From Phaeovulum sp. (GTDB taxonomy: Bacteria; Pseudomonadota; Alphaproteobacteria; Rhodobacterales; Rhodobacteraceae), in the NCBI RefSeq assembly GCF_041596715.1, contig NZ_JBFHIA010000001.1, positions 1 to 50,810 of the forward strand: a stretch of DNA of 50,810 bases, read 5' to 3'. How positions within the stretch are numbered: the first letter of the stretch is position 1; each line of letters begins with the position of its first letter. The notes beneath the pieces were generated by a model that ran no database searches, was not told the DNA's origin, and saw nothing but the letters and a program-made list of their open reading frames with translations. Both the position numbers and the translations under genes were made by a program. Of this stretch, positions 36,366-44,235 are shown piece after piece.

Positions 36366-36824
36366 TTGCCTTTCTCCTTTGGAAACGGGTTGCGCATGCA
36401 ACCCGACTAGCCAAAGCGGCAATGAGCGGGGGATCGGCGGTCAGGACCGCTGCCGGGGAAAGGGGGATCACCCGGCCTGCACAAGCCCCCTTCGGGGCGC
36501 GGAAGGCAGGGGAACGCCCCGGCAGCGCCCGCAGCCAAAGCGCAGGGCTTGGTCTTGACGGCTGTGGGGCCGCAGGCCCCGACTCTCTTAGGTGCTGCGC
36601 ACATCGTGCGCGGCGGACCGCAGGCCCTATCTTCTTTGAAAAGCTGCGCGCGCCACTTCTGCGCCAGGGATCGTCACCGGATGGCCGAGACGCGCAAGCG
36701 GCTCGGGGCAAGCCAATGGCGCAGCGTAGAGCCCGACCCGCGCATGCGGGGGCGCTACAAACTGACTCGTGTCACCAAACGAAAAACGTCAGTATCGGCA
36801 AAACCAGGCCACGGGAGCACAGCC

Positions 36825-37109
36825 ATGAACTTTGATACATGGAAAGACCTGCCAACAAGGAAGAAGGCTATCTGGCCAGCGGCCGCCAAAGGCTACTTGG
36901 AACCCCAACAGATGGTGATGATAAGCCTGGATGATGACCTTGCCGCCTGGCTGGTCAATCACCTTGTGGGACAGAGCTCGTTTTCGAATGATCTTGAAGA
37001 GACGCTAATTACGGCACTACGGGTTATCAAGGGAGATCTGAGCCTGGATCATTTGTCCGAGCTAAAAGCACTGGCACAGGCCCGCGCCGCTATCGTGAAG
37101 CAACGGTAA
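36825..37109 (+). CDS. Hypothetical protein
   Basis: 94-aa ORF from MNFDTWKDL with GGGAG upstream. The longer track ORF upstream is GC-rich non-coding-looking sequence. Confidence 0.35.
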   Translation: MNFDTWKDLPTRKKAIWPAAAKGYLEPQQMVMISLDDDLAAWLVNHLVGQSSFSNDLEETLITALRVIKGDLSLDHLSELKALAQARAAIVKQR

Positions 37110-37303
37110 TAACGGCAGCAAACGGGCCTCAACATACCCATAAACTTCAAGTGGTCTTGCCACAAACTCGCCACAAGCCGACAAAGACCAAGCCGGACAA
37201 TCGAGGATTTCTGCGGGTTACAGCGGACTGATATTTTGTGGCAAGTTTCGCTTTTCGGACCGTTTTCTTCCCATAAGAATCGTGTAAGTCTTTGATTTAT
37301 TTA

Positions 37304-37353
37304 TGGCGCACCCGGCAGGACTCGAACCTGCGACCCTTGGTTTCGGAAGCCAA
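37304..37353 (-). other. tRNA 3' fragment (anticodon-loop to CCA; would read Arg-CCG); att-like junction
   Basis: Minus strand: TTGGC-TTCCGAA-ACCAA-GGGTC-GCAGG-TTCGAGT-CCTGC-CGGGTGC-G-CCA. No D arm or 5' acceptor strand upstream. Confidence 0.6.
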
Positions 37354-37377
37354 TTAAAACCCTAGGGTTTCTGCGGC

Positions 37378-38592
37378 TTACAGAGGATTTGCCACAAATT
37401 TGCCACATGGATTTTTGGTCATTCTGGCAATTAGCCCCGTTGAGCGTTCTGCGCGAATTTCTGCACGCTCAATCAGGTGTCCATACACACTTAACGTCGT
37501 CTGAATATCGCGGTGCCCCATGAGATACTGGATCATCTTCAGATTGACGCGCTGCTCGATCAGCATCGACGCGTAGAAGTGACGTAAATCGTACGGCTTG
37601 AACTTTGGCTTGATGATTTCATCACCGTCATCGCTCTCTGTCACTTCCATCAGGCCCGCTTTTTCGCAGGCAGCGGCGAAACCGCGCTGACGCCAGTTTT
37701 TCACGCTTTGCCATTTCCCTGTCGATGTGGGGAACAGCAGATCATGTTTGTTCGTGGCGGCGAGTTCGTCTGCGTAGTGCATGACCATATCGAAGGTCTC
37801 GGGGCTGAGATCGATCACGCGCCGGCCTGCGGCTGACTTCGTGACGCTGATCTTGTGACCGCCGCCGTCAAGAGCGCGGTCTACTTCGATCGTTCCATCC
37901 CTGAGGTTCCCCCGCGCCGCCACGAGATATTCCTGTGGGCGCATCCCGGTATCTGCAGCAAGGTACAGCATCGGGCGATAACGCTGCCAGGTGCGGGCAG
38001 TCTGTCGATTGCGCGAGTTGGCAAGCTCGTCCGCCGCCGCTAGCAGATCACGAACTTCCTTTTCCGACGGAACCGTGACCGGCTCGTCATAACGGGAGCC
38101 GCCGCGAATACCCACGCCTGAGGCGATGTCATGCGCGAGCACGCCCCGATTTACCATTTCCAGAACCAGGGAGTGAAACGACGACAGGACTTTGCGGGCC
38201 TGGTCCCTGCTGCGGCTCTGTAAGAGCCAAGAGCGGAAGGCGATGATATCGGGGGCTGTCAGGGCGTGGATCGACTTCGGCCAACTGTATTGTTTGATAA
38301 TCTCCGCCCGGTGTCGATAGCCCACCATTGTGTACTCAGTGACCGGATCGCGCCCATCGCGCCCTTCCTTCTCACAGATATCCAGCCATTTCTGAACCGC
38401 ATCCGCCACGCTGTCGATTTCACGCGACCGGGGCGTGCTGCTCGTCCTCATGCGGGAATCCTCACGAAAGGCGCGCGCTTCCTTTGCCGTTTCGAAGGTC
38501 GCGTAGGCGTAGCCCGTTTTCGAGCCGGGGTCGGGATAACGAACTTGATACGTCGTTCCTTTACTGCCTGTGCGCTTGCGTATATCTGCCAT
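37378..38592 (-). CDS. int: Tyrosine recombinase/integrase
   Basis: N-terminal arm-binding-like MADIRKRTGSKGTTYQVRY. C-terminal YDLRHFYASMLI and GHRDIQTTLSVYGHL (R..H-x-x-R..Y). Confidence 0.92.
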   Translation of the reverse strand: MADIRKRTGSKGTTYQVRYPDPGSKTGYAYATFETAKEARAFREDSRMRTSSTPRSREIDSVADAVQKWLDICEKEGRDGRDPVTEYTMVGYRHRAEIIKQYSWPKSIHALTAPDIIAFRSWLLQSRSRDQARKVLSSFHSLVLEMVNRGVLAHDIASGVGIRGGSRYDEPVTVPSEKEVRDLLAAADELANSRNRQTARTWQRYRPMLYLAADTGMRPQEYLVAARGNLRDGTIEVDRALDGGGHKISVTKSAAGRRVIDLSPETFDMVMHYADELAATNKHDLLFPTSTGKWQSVKNWRQRGFAAACEKAGLMEVTESDDGDEIIKPKFKPYDLRHFYASMLIEQRVNLKMIQYLMGHRDIQTTLSVYGHLIERAEIRAERSTGLIARMTKNPCGKFVANPL

Positions 38593-38654
38593 AAATACAT
38601 AAATCTGTAAGAAGTCTAATAAGTAATCACTTAAGCAAATGCGGATTCGCTAAG

Positions 38655-38894
38655 TCAATCTCTATTTCTGAACTCATTTTCTGCCTTGTTTTGCAGTCGC
38701 TTGTATATTTCGACTAACGTATCTTTCTCGATCTTCAGTGTGCCCTCGATCGGGTCGACGAAGAATGGCAGTCGGCGCTGCCCTGTCGCGTCCTTGTCTG
38801 CCGCCCGCTTCATCTGTCGAGCGTTCAGCTCAACGCCCATCTCTGCCAACACCTGGCGGGCCTGCTCCAGCCCGATGTAATGCGGGATTTTCAT
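38655..38894 (-). CDS. Small protein upstream of int (possible directionality factor)
   Basis: 79-aa ORF, same strand as int and 62 nt upstream of it. AT-rich surroundings. Confidence 0.4.
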   Translation of the reverse strand: MKIPHYIGLEQARQVLAEMGVELNARQMKRAADKDATGQRRLPFFVDPIEGTLKIEKDTLVEIYKRLQNKAENEFRNRD

Positions 38895-38921
38895 CCGTCC
38901 CTCCCAGCCATATCAATCAGC

Positions 38922-39158
38922 TCAGGGGCAATATTCGTCCGCAGCCGAGCGATACGGCCCCTTTTTCGTCACCTTGGAAATCACACGTCCCCGCCGGCGC
39001 GCGACGACATTTTCGTCGAGACCGTCCGTGGGGTTGATGAACAGAACCGCGCCCCGCGAATAGCGGATCGCAAACTCGTCCTCGATTTCATTGAGAGCTT
39101 CGAAAAGGGCCTGACGCATTTCGGCGAAGCTGACTTCGCCCAGCAATCTGATCTGCAT
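38922..39158 (-). CDS. Hypothetical small protein
   Basis: ORF from MQIRLLGEVSF on the same strand as int. Confidence 0.35.
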   Translation of the reverse strand: MQIRLLGEVSFAEMRQALFEALNEIEDEFAIRYSRGAVLFINPTDGLDENVVARRRGRVISKVTKKGPYRSAADEYCP

Positions 39159-39254
39159 TGCCAATATCCACCACATAAAAATCAGTAATAAAAACAGTAC
39201 TCAATATAGTTCCATTATATCGTCTTCAGCCCACATTCCGCAAATTTGAAACCC

Positions 39255-39277
39255 GGAAAAACCGCAGAAGTCTGCGG
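39255..39277 (-). terminator. Terminator-like hairpin on the minus strand
   Basis: CCGCAGA-ct-TCTGCGG followed by TTTTTCC on the minus strand. It is not obviously attached to a supported gene. Confidence 0.4.
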
Positions 39278-39475
39278 CTTCCAGCGCTATGAACTGATCC
39301 GCATGCCTAAACAATCAGCATTCACGACCATCCCCACCGCCTTAGGCAACGCCGTGCCTTTCCTTCATCTTCTTCTTTTCTCCAGCCCGTCCACCGGGAC
39401 CATCCCCCGATGATGCTGTGTGTCCGGGGCCGCAAGGCCCCGATGGACGGGGCCTCCGAACGAAGGAGGAATACA

Positions 39476-39670
39476 ATGTCTCGTCTAATCACCATCGCCG
39501 ATCTGCAAAGTCGCTCTCTGGCTGACCTGCACGTCATGCAGCATCACGTTCAATGCGCGCTGGCGCAGACCCAGCCGGGCACAGAGGCCCACCGCCACGC
39601 GGTTGCAGGCCTGGATGCCATCCGCCGGATGATCCGGCAGAAGCAGCAGGCTCTTGCCCCACGTTTCTAG
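39476..39670 (+). CDS. Hypothetical small protein
   Basis: AAGGAGG lies 7 nt before the ATG at 39476. 64 aa. Confidence 0.5.
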   Translation: MSRLITIADLQSRSLADLHVMQHHVQCALAQTQPGTEAHRHAVAGLDAIRRMIRQKQQALAPRF

Positions 39671-39721
39671 GCCGGGCCCGGCGCGGCGGTGCCGAGCTCA
39701 AGCTTAAATGTGTGAGACGGG

Positions 39722-39931
39722 TCAGGACCCGTCCTGATCCAGATGAACGGCACCGACGGCCTGATAAAGGGTCTCAAGGGATCGCCCGGCTTCATCGGCA
39801 AGGGCGAGCCATTCCGGGTTGGCTTTGACCTGCGGATGTTCGGCGAGTTCGCTGGCAACTATCCGCGCCAGGAACGCGGCCATGTGCAGTACTTCATGTC
39901 GCCCGAACTCGTCAGTCTCTGACATTGTCAC
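39722..39931 (-). CDS. Hypothetical small protein
   Basis: 69-aa ORF. No motif recognised. Confidence 0.3.
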   Translation of the reverse strand: MTMSETDEFGRHEVLHMAAFLARIVASELAEHPQVKANPEWLALADEAGRSLETLYQAVGAVHLDQDGS

Positions 39932-40037
39932 CTCCGCTCCATACGCGAAGGCTCCAGCATGAACCCGCTAAAGCAAACCTCGTGGTTTCCACGCGGCTTA
40001 GCGCGCGGCATCGCCTTCATATTGATCCCATCACCAA

Positions 40038-40367
40038 ATGATGGAGATCGCAATGAAAGATAGACCGGACCATCCCCCGCTTGAACTGGATGTTTTTGTG
40101 CCCGTCCGAATGCCAGAGGAGTTTGTCATTTGGGCGATGGAGTATTTGAGCGCCAACAGCACCAAGCCCATCAGCGAAACTGACATCTACGCGATGTTCC
40201 AGGCTGTAGGGATCGTGATGATGGGAGGCGGGACTTTCCCCGGCACGCGGGAGCAGTCGTACGAGTTCGCCTACGCGACCTACTGCAACACGATGGAAGC
40301 CGTCTGCCGCGAGCGCGGTTACGCCAAGCATCCGCATCATCATCTGCGCCCGGCGAATGATGACTGA
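40038..40367 (+). CDS. Hypothetical protein
   Basis: ORF with GGAG 7 nt before an internal ATG at 40053. Confidence 0.4.
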   Translation: MMEIAMKDRPDHPPLELDVFVPVRMPEEFVIWAMEYLSANSTKPISETDIYAMFQAVGIVMMGGGTFPGTREQSYEFAYATYCNTMEAVCRERGYAKHPHHHLRPANDD

Positions 40368-40430
40368 GCAATAACTGGCGGCACCACCTGCCGCCGGTTC
40401 CTTCTCTCCAATATATTGAGGATTTGATCG

Positions 40431-40673
40431 ATGCGCGGACAATCGTCCAGCGATCGCAGGACTCTGTTACCGCCAGCCGGTCAAACTCCTGACGAGGCAT
40501 GCGAGCAATTCGTCCTCGATGATTTCGGCGATGACTTTCCGGTCACAGATGCCGAACTGGATGTCCTTGAGTCGTTCCTCATGAGCGAACTTTCCGCCAT
40601 GCTAAAGTACGCCTCAAAAACCGACTCGAAAGAGCCGCAAAGATCGGCCAACGATAACTGGCAAACTTCATGA
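40431..40673 (+). CDS. Hypothetical acidic small protein
   Basis: 80-aa ORF immediately upstream of the serine recombinase. Confidence 0.3.
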   Translation: MRGQSSSDRRTLLPPAGQTPDEACEQFVLDDFGDDFPVTDAELDVLESFLMSELSAMLKYASKTDSKEPQRSANDNWQTS

Positions 40674-40687
40674 TCGGATAACCCGCC

Positions 40688-42352
40688 ATGACCCTGGACA
40701 CGCTCAACAACAATCTTCCCGATGCGCAGACTCGGGTGGCGTTGTACTTGCGTGTCTCGACGGGGCGGCAGGCCGAGCATGATCTCTCTATTCCCGATCA
40801 ACGGCGGCAGGCCATTGCCTACTGCGAGGCGCGGGGTTGGACGGTCGCTGCGGAGTATGTCGAGCCCGGTGCTAGCGGCACGGATGATCGCCGACCTGAG
40901 CTTCAGCGCATGCTCGATATGGCCACGACCGACGGCGCGCCATTCGATGTGGTTCTCGTCCACTCCTTCAGTCGCTTCGCACGCGACCACTTCGCGCTGG
41001 AGTACCATGTCCGGCGCTTGCGAAAGCACAATGTGCGTCTGGTCAGCATCACCCAGGATTTAGGGGATGACCCGATGAGCGTCATGGTGCGGCAGGTCTT
41101 TGCGCTTTTTGATGAATATCAGTCCAAGGAAAACGCCAAGCATACGTTGCGAGCGATGCAGGAAAATGCCCGCCAGGGCTTCTGGAACGGCGCGAGAGCC
41201 CCTTATGGCTACAAGGTTGTCGCCGCCGAGCAACGCGGCTCGAAGACCAAAAAGCGTCTGGTCGTCGACCCCGTCGAAGCAGAGACTATTAGGCTGATTT
41301 TCAAACTCTTCACCACCGGCGACGGCACGACCGGCCCCATGGGTGTCAAAGCCGTCGCGACCTGGCTCAACGATCATGGCTACCGCACGCGCCAAGGCGC
41401 GCAATGGGGCATTGGCCCTTTGCATAAGCTAATTACCAGCACCGTCTATAAGGGCGAATACCGCTTCAACCGCAAAATCTGGAAGACCAAGGAGGACAAG
41501 CCGGCTGCCGAGCAGATCATGGTCGCGGTGGAGCCGATCATTGACGCCAAGACCTTCGACAATCTGCAGGCTGCACTCAAGGCCCGAAACCCCAAAGCTA
41601 CCCCACCGCGCACTGTAACCGGTCCCATTCTGCTGACCGGCCTTGCGACCTGTGCCAGTTGCCATGGCGGCATGACGCTGAGAACCGGCAAGTCCGGTCG
41701 CTATCGCTACTACGCGTGTGCCACATGCGCCCAGAAGGGCAAGAGCGCCTGTAAGGGCCGCTCAGTCCCAATGGATAAGCTCGACACGATCGTCACCGAG
41801 CGCATTGCAAACCAACTCCTTAGGCCCCACCGCGTCGAAAAGCTCCTGACTGGCTTGATTGAACGCCAGACCAGCCGCAGCGCCGATTATACCGACCGCA
41901 TCACCAACCTTAGAAAGAACCTCAGCGACACAGAGGCGCGCCTTAAGCGCCTCTACGACGCCATCGAAAACGGCATCGCCGACCCCACCGATGACACCCT
42001 CAAAGACCGCATAGCCGCGATCAAGACCGAGCGCGACATCGCCCAGGTCGCCCTCGACCGCGCACTGATAGAACTGCGTCCCGAGGCCCGGATCACGCAA
42101 GACAAGATCGCCGCCTTCACGACCATCATGCGCGATAATATCCAGAACGGCCCTATCCCGTTCCGCCGCTCCTATCTCCGCGCCATGATCGACAATGTCG
42201 ACGTCGATGACACAGAAATCCGTATCCACGGACGAAGAACGATTTTGGAAAGGCTGGTAATGGGCGGCGGGGCCTCTCCCGCAGGAGTGCCCAGTTTTGT
42301 TCGTAAATGGCGCACCCGGAGCGATTCGAACGCCCGGCCCTCAGATTCGTAG
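40688..42352 (+). CDS. Large serine recombinase (resolvase domain + recombinase domain + zinc ribbon)
   Basis: VALYLRVSTGRQ catalytic Ser motif, VLVHSFSRFARD, and CASCHGGM..YYACATC zinc ribbon. The last ~16 codons are read out of the tRNA fragment. Confidence 0.9.
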   Translation: MTLDTLNNNLPDAQTRVALYLRVSTGRQAEHDLSIPDQRRQAIAYCEARGWTVAAEYVEPGASGTDDRRPELQRMLDMATTDGAPFDVVLVHSFSRFARDHFALEYHVRRLRKHNVRLVSITQDLGDDPMSVMVRQVFALFDEYQSKENAKHTLRAMQENARQGFWNGARAPYGYKVVAAEQRGSKTKKRLVVDPVEAETIRLIFKLFTTGDGTTGPMGVKAVATWLNDHGYRTRQGAQWGIGPLHKLITSTVYKGEYRFNRKIWKTKEDKPAAEQIMVAVEPIIDAKTFDNLQAALKARNPKATPPRTVTGPILLTGLATCASCHGGMTLRTGKSGRYRYYACATCAQKGKSACKGRSVPMDKLDTIVTERIANQLLRPHRVEKLLTGLIERQTSRSADYTDRITNLRKNLSDTEARLKRLYDAIENGIADPTDDTLKDRIAAIKTERDIAQVALDRALIELRPEARITQDKIAAFTTIMRDNIQNGPIPFRRSYLRAMIDNVDVDDTEIRIHGRRTILERLVMGGGASPAGVPSFVRKWRTRSDSNARPSDS

Positions 42353-42355
42353 TCT
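42308..42355 (-). other. tRNA 3' fragment (anticodon loop CTACGAA, would read Arg-ACG, to CCA); att-like junction
   Basis: Minus strand: ..AGA-CTACGAA-TCTGA-GGGCC-GGGCG-TTCGAAT-CGCTC-CGGGTGC-G-CCA. Pairing is lost in the outer anticodon stem, and there is no D arm or 5' acceptor strand. Confidence 0.6.
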
Positions 42356-42507
42356 TGGGGTTGCTGTATTTCCTGCAATTGCATCGGATAGCAGCAAGCC
42401 ACATTTCCCCTTGTTTCATTGCTGATAGGCTCCTATCTTCCTTGCATGGGGTTGCGCCAAGTTTCCGTTTCGGTGGTAGCCCGGTGGTAGCCCGAGGGGA
42501 AGTTGAT

Positions 42508-43779
42508 ATGTCAGAGGGCGTGAAGCTCACCAAGCGCACGGTCGATGCTCTCAAGGTTACGGGCACCCGCTACGTTGCTTGGGATACCGAAGTGCCGGGC
42601 TTTGGCGTTCGCGTTGGGCCTACTGGCAGCCGAACCTATGTCTTGAAGTATCGTGTTGGCGGCGGTCGGGCAGGCCGAGTGCGCTGGGGCGTTATCGGAA
42701 CCCACGGTGCCGTGACGCCAGATCAAGCGCGCGAAACCGCCCAGCGCTGGGCCGCAGAAGTGGCGGCGGGCGGCGATCCGGCGGGCGACAAGATCGATAA
42801 GCGCAAGGCCCCCACTGTGGCCGAGCTCATGGCGCAATACCTAGAAAGTCATGTGAAGGTGAGGAACAAGGCAAGCACCGCCGCATTTGTCATTGACCTT
42901 GTGAATCGGGTGATCTGCAAAGATGCGCTGGCAAAGTTGAAAGTGTCTGATGTGACCGCAGCGGATTTGGCCCGCTTTCATTCGCGCCTTGCCAAGACGC
43001 CGACCACGGCAAACCGGGCGCGTTCCGCGCTTTCCAAGGCATTTGCCCTGGCTGAAACGTGGGGCTACCGGGACCGCCACTCGAACCCTTGCGTCGAGGT
43101 GGAGAAATACCGGGAAACTTCACGTGAGCGGTTCTTGTCGCCTGCTGAATTTGCCGCGCTGGGCGAAGTCCTGGCGAAAGCAGAGCGGGGCGAGCTAGTG
43201 ATTGAAGAGGGCGGCAAGCCCAAGGCCGTGCGGGTGAGCAAGTCAGCCGTGGCTGCAATCCGCCTCTTGATCTTCACGGGCGCGCGGCGCGGCGAAATCC
43301 TTGGGCTGCGCTGGGAATGGATAGATTGGCAGGCGGGCCGCGCAAACCTGCCCGACAGCAAGACTGGCCGAAAGCCGTTGATGCTGCCCCCGGCTGCGCT
43401 CGAGGTGTTGCGCGGGCTCGATATGCCCGAGAGCGGCAAGGGCTACGTGATCCAGGGCGGTGATTACAGCGACCCAGAGGTGCCGCTAGTGAACCTGAAA
43501 AGCCCTTGGGGTGTGATCCGCACGGCGGCGGGCCTGCCGGACGTGCGGCCTCATGATCTGCGCCATTCCTTTGCCTCTGTCATGGTGGCTGGCGGCGCAT
43601 CCCTTCCGGTGATCGGCGCGCTACTGGGGCACCGCGATGTAAAGACAACCGCGCGCTATGCGCACCTTGCCACCGATCCATTGAAAGCCGCTGCTGACCA
43701 GGTGGGCGGGGTTCTGGCCGGGCACCTGAAAGGACCGGAAGGCGGCGCGGAAATTGTGCCGCTGCACCGCAAAGGCTAA
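42508..43779 (+). CDS. int: Tyrosine integrase with P4-type (DUF4102-like) arm-binding N-terminus
   Basis: LTKRTVDALKVTGTRYVAWDTEVPGFGVRVGPTGSRTYVLKYRVGG, HDLRHSFASVMV, LGHRDVKTTARYAHL. GAGGGGAAG precedes the ATG at 42508. Confidence 0.92.
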   Translation: MSEGVKLTKRTVDALKVTGTRYVAWDTEVPGFGVRVGPTGSRTYVLKYRVGGGRAGRVRWGVIGTHGAVTPDQARETAQRWAAEVAAGGDPAGDKIDKRKAPTVAELMAQYLESHVKVRNKASTAAFVIDLVNRVICKDALAKLKVSDVTAADLARFHSRLAKTPTTANRARSALSKAFALAETWGYRDRHSNPCVEVEKYRETSRERFLSPAEFAALGEVLAKAERGELVIEEGGKPKAVRVSKSAVAAIRLLIFTGARRGEILGLRWEWIDWQAGRANLPDSKTGRKPLMLPPAALEVLRGLDMPESGKGYVIQGGDYSDPEVPLVNLKSPWGVIRTAAGLPDVRPHDLRHSFASVMVAGGASLPVIGALLGHRDVKTTARYAHLATDPLKAAADQVGGVLAGHLKGPEGGAEIVPLHRKG

Positions 43780-43860
43780 GCCGCCGGGCGCTGGGCAGCT
43801 ACCACATATTGTGGTGCCTCTGTCGGTCTCTCGCGTTTGCTCTTTCTCTCTATACCCTGA

Positions 43861-43989
43861 AACGCTGTTACCTCTGTTACCTTGTTACCGAATGGCGCAA
43901 CTAACTGACAAAGCTCGCTTATTAAGGTAACAATCTGATTGTGTGCAGGTAACAGAAAACGCGGGCTTGTTACCTTTTTACGGTGGTAA
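43861..43989. repeat. Iteron cluster 1 ((C/T)TGTTACC and its complement)
   Basis: CTGTTACC at 43865 and 43874; TTGTTACC at 43882 and 43967; GGTAACAA at 43926; GGTAACAG at 43948. Confidence 0.65.
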
Positions 43990-44235
43990 TGCATTCGAGT
44001 GAAGCCCAGCGCAAGCTGGTGCAAGTCTGCCTCGGGGTCAAGCCTTGCAGAGAACGCCTCAAATCGGCCCCATTCGCGCAACCTCCGAACACAACATATA
44101 GTGTTGCGCCTTGCTTTTTCGCGGTGCCAAGGTCTATCCTTGTGCCGCGCGGCTAGGTTGATCCCCGAACGCGGGCGAACTCGCACCCCGCTGCCGCGCG
44201 TCTTTCCTGTGCGAGTGCCTTGCGAGGGGCGCGGA

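Larger units (their letters stand above)
9770..37303. mobile_element. Integrated mobilizable island A: relaxase/MobC/T4CP/ArdC backbone plus defence cargo; boundaries inferred
   Basis: Core synteny ends at mipZ. tRNA-like fragments sit at both ends. G+C is lower inside (down to 23-38% in hand-counted lines of mod). Mobilization genes lie at 26.8-36.4 kb. Confidence 0.55.
37303..42319. mobile_element. 5.0-kb element B bounded by the 13-bp direct repeat ATGGCGCACCCGG
   Basis: Identical 13-mers at 37303-37315 and 42307-42319, each the acceptor end of a tRNA-like fragment. A tyrosine integrase sits at the left end and a serine recombinase at the right end. Confidence 0.5.

Noticed and set aside
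36235-36835. ORFs 36235..36711 -, 36422..36835 + and the upstream part of 36549..37109 +.
   Set aside because: They are mutually overlapping and Arg/Ala/Gly/Pro-rich, and they lie in hairpin-dense GC-rich DNA. Only the distal part from 36825 has a plausible SD and composition.
26802-37303. Calling island A a complete self-transmissible ICE.
   Set aside because: I recognise no VirB4/TrbE ATPase, pilin or channel components among the ORFs. It is better treated as a mobilizable element pending profile searches.
37304-37380. Intact tRNA-Arg(CCG) gene.
   Set aside because: The 5' acceptor strand GCACCCG and a D arm are absent. The sequence upstream of the anticodon stem is the integrase stop region, so this is a fragment.
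42308-42384. Intact tRNA-Arg(ACG) gene.
   Set aside because: The anticodon stem pairs for only 3 bp, and no D arm or 5' acceptor strand follows. The region is also the end of the serine recombinase ORF.
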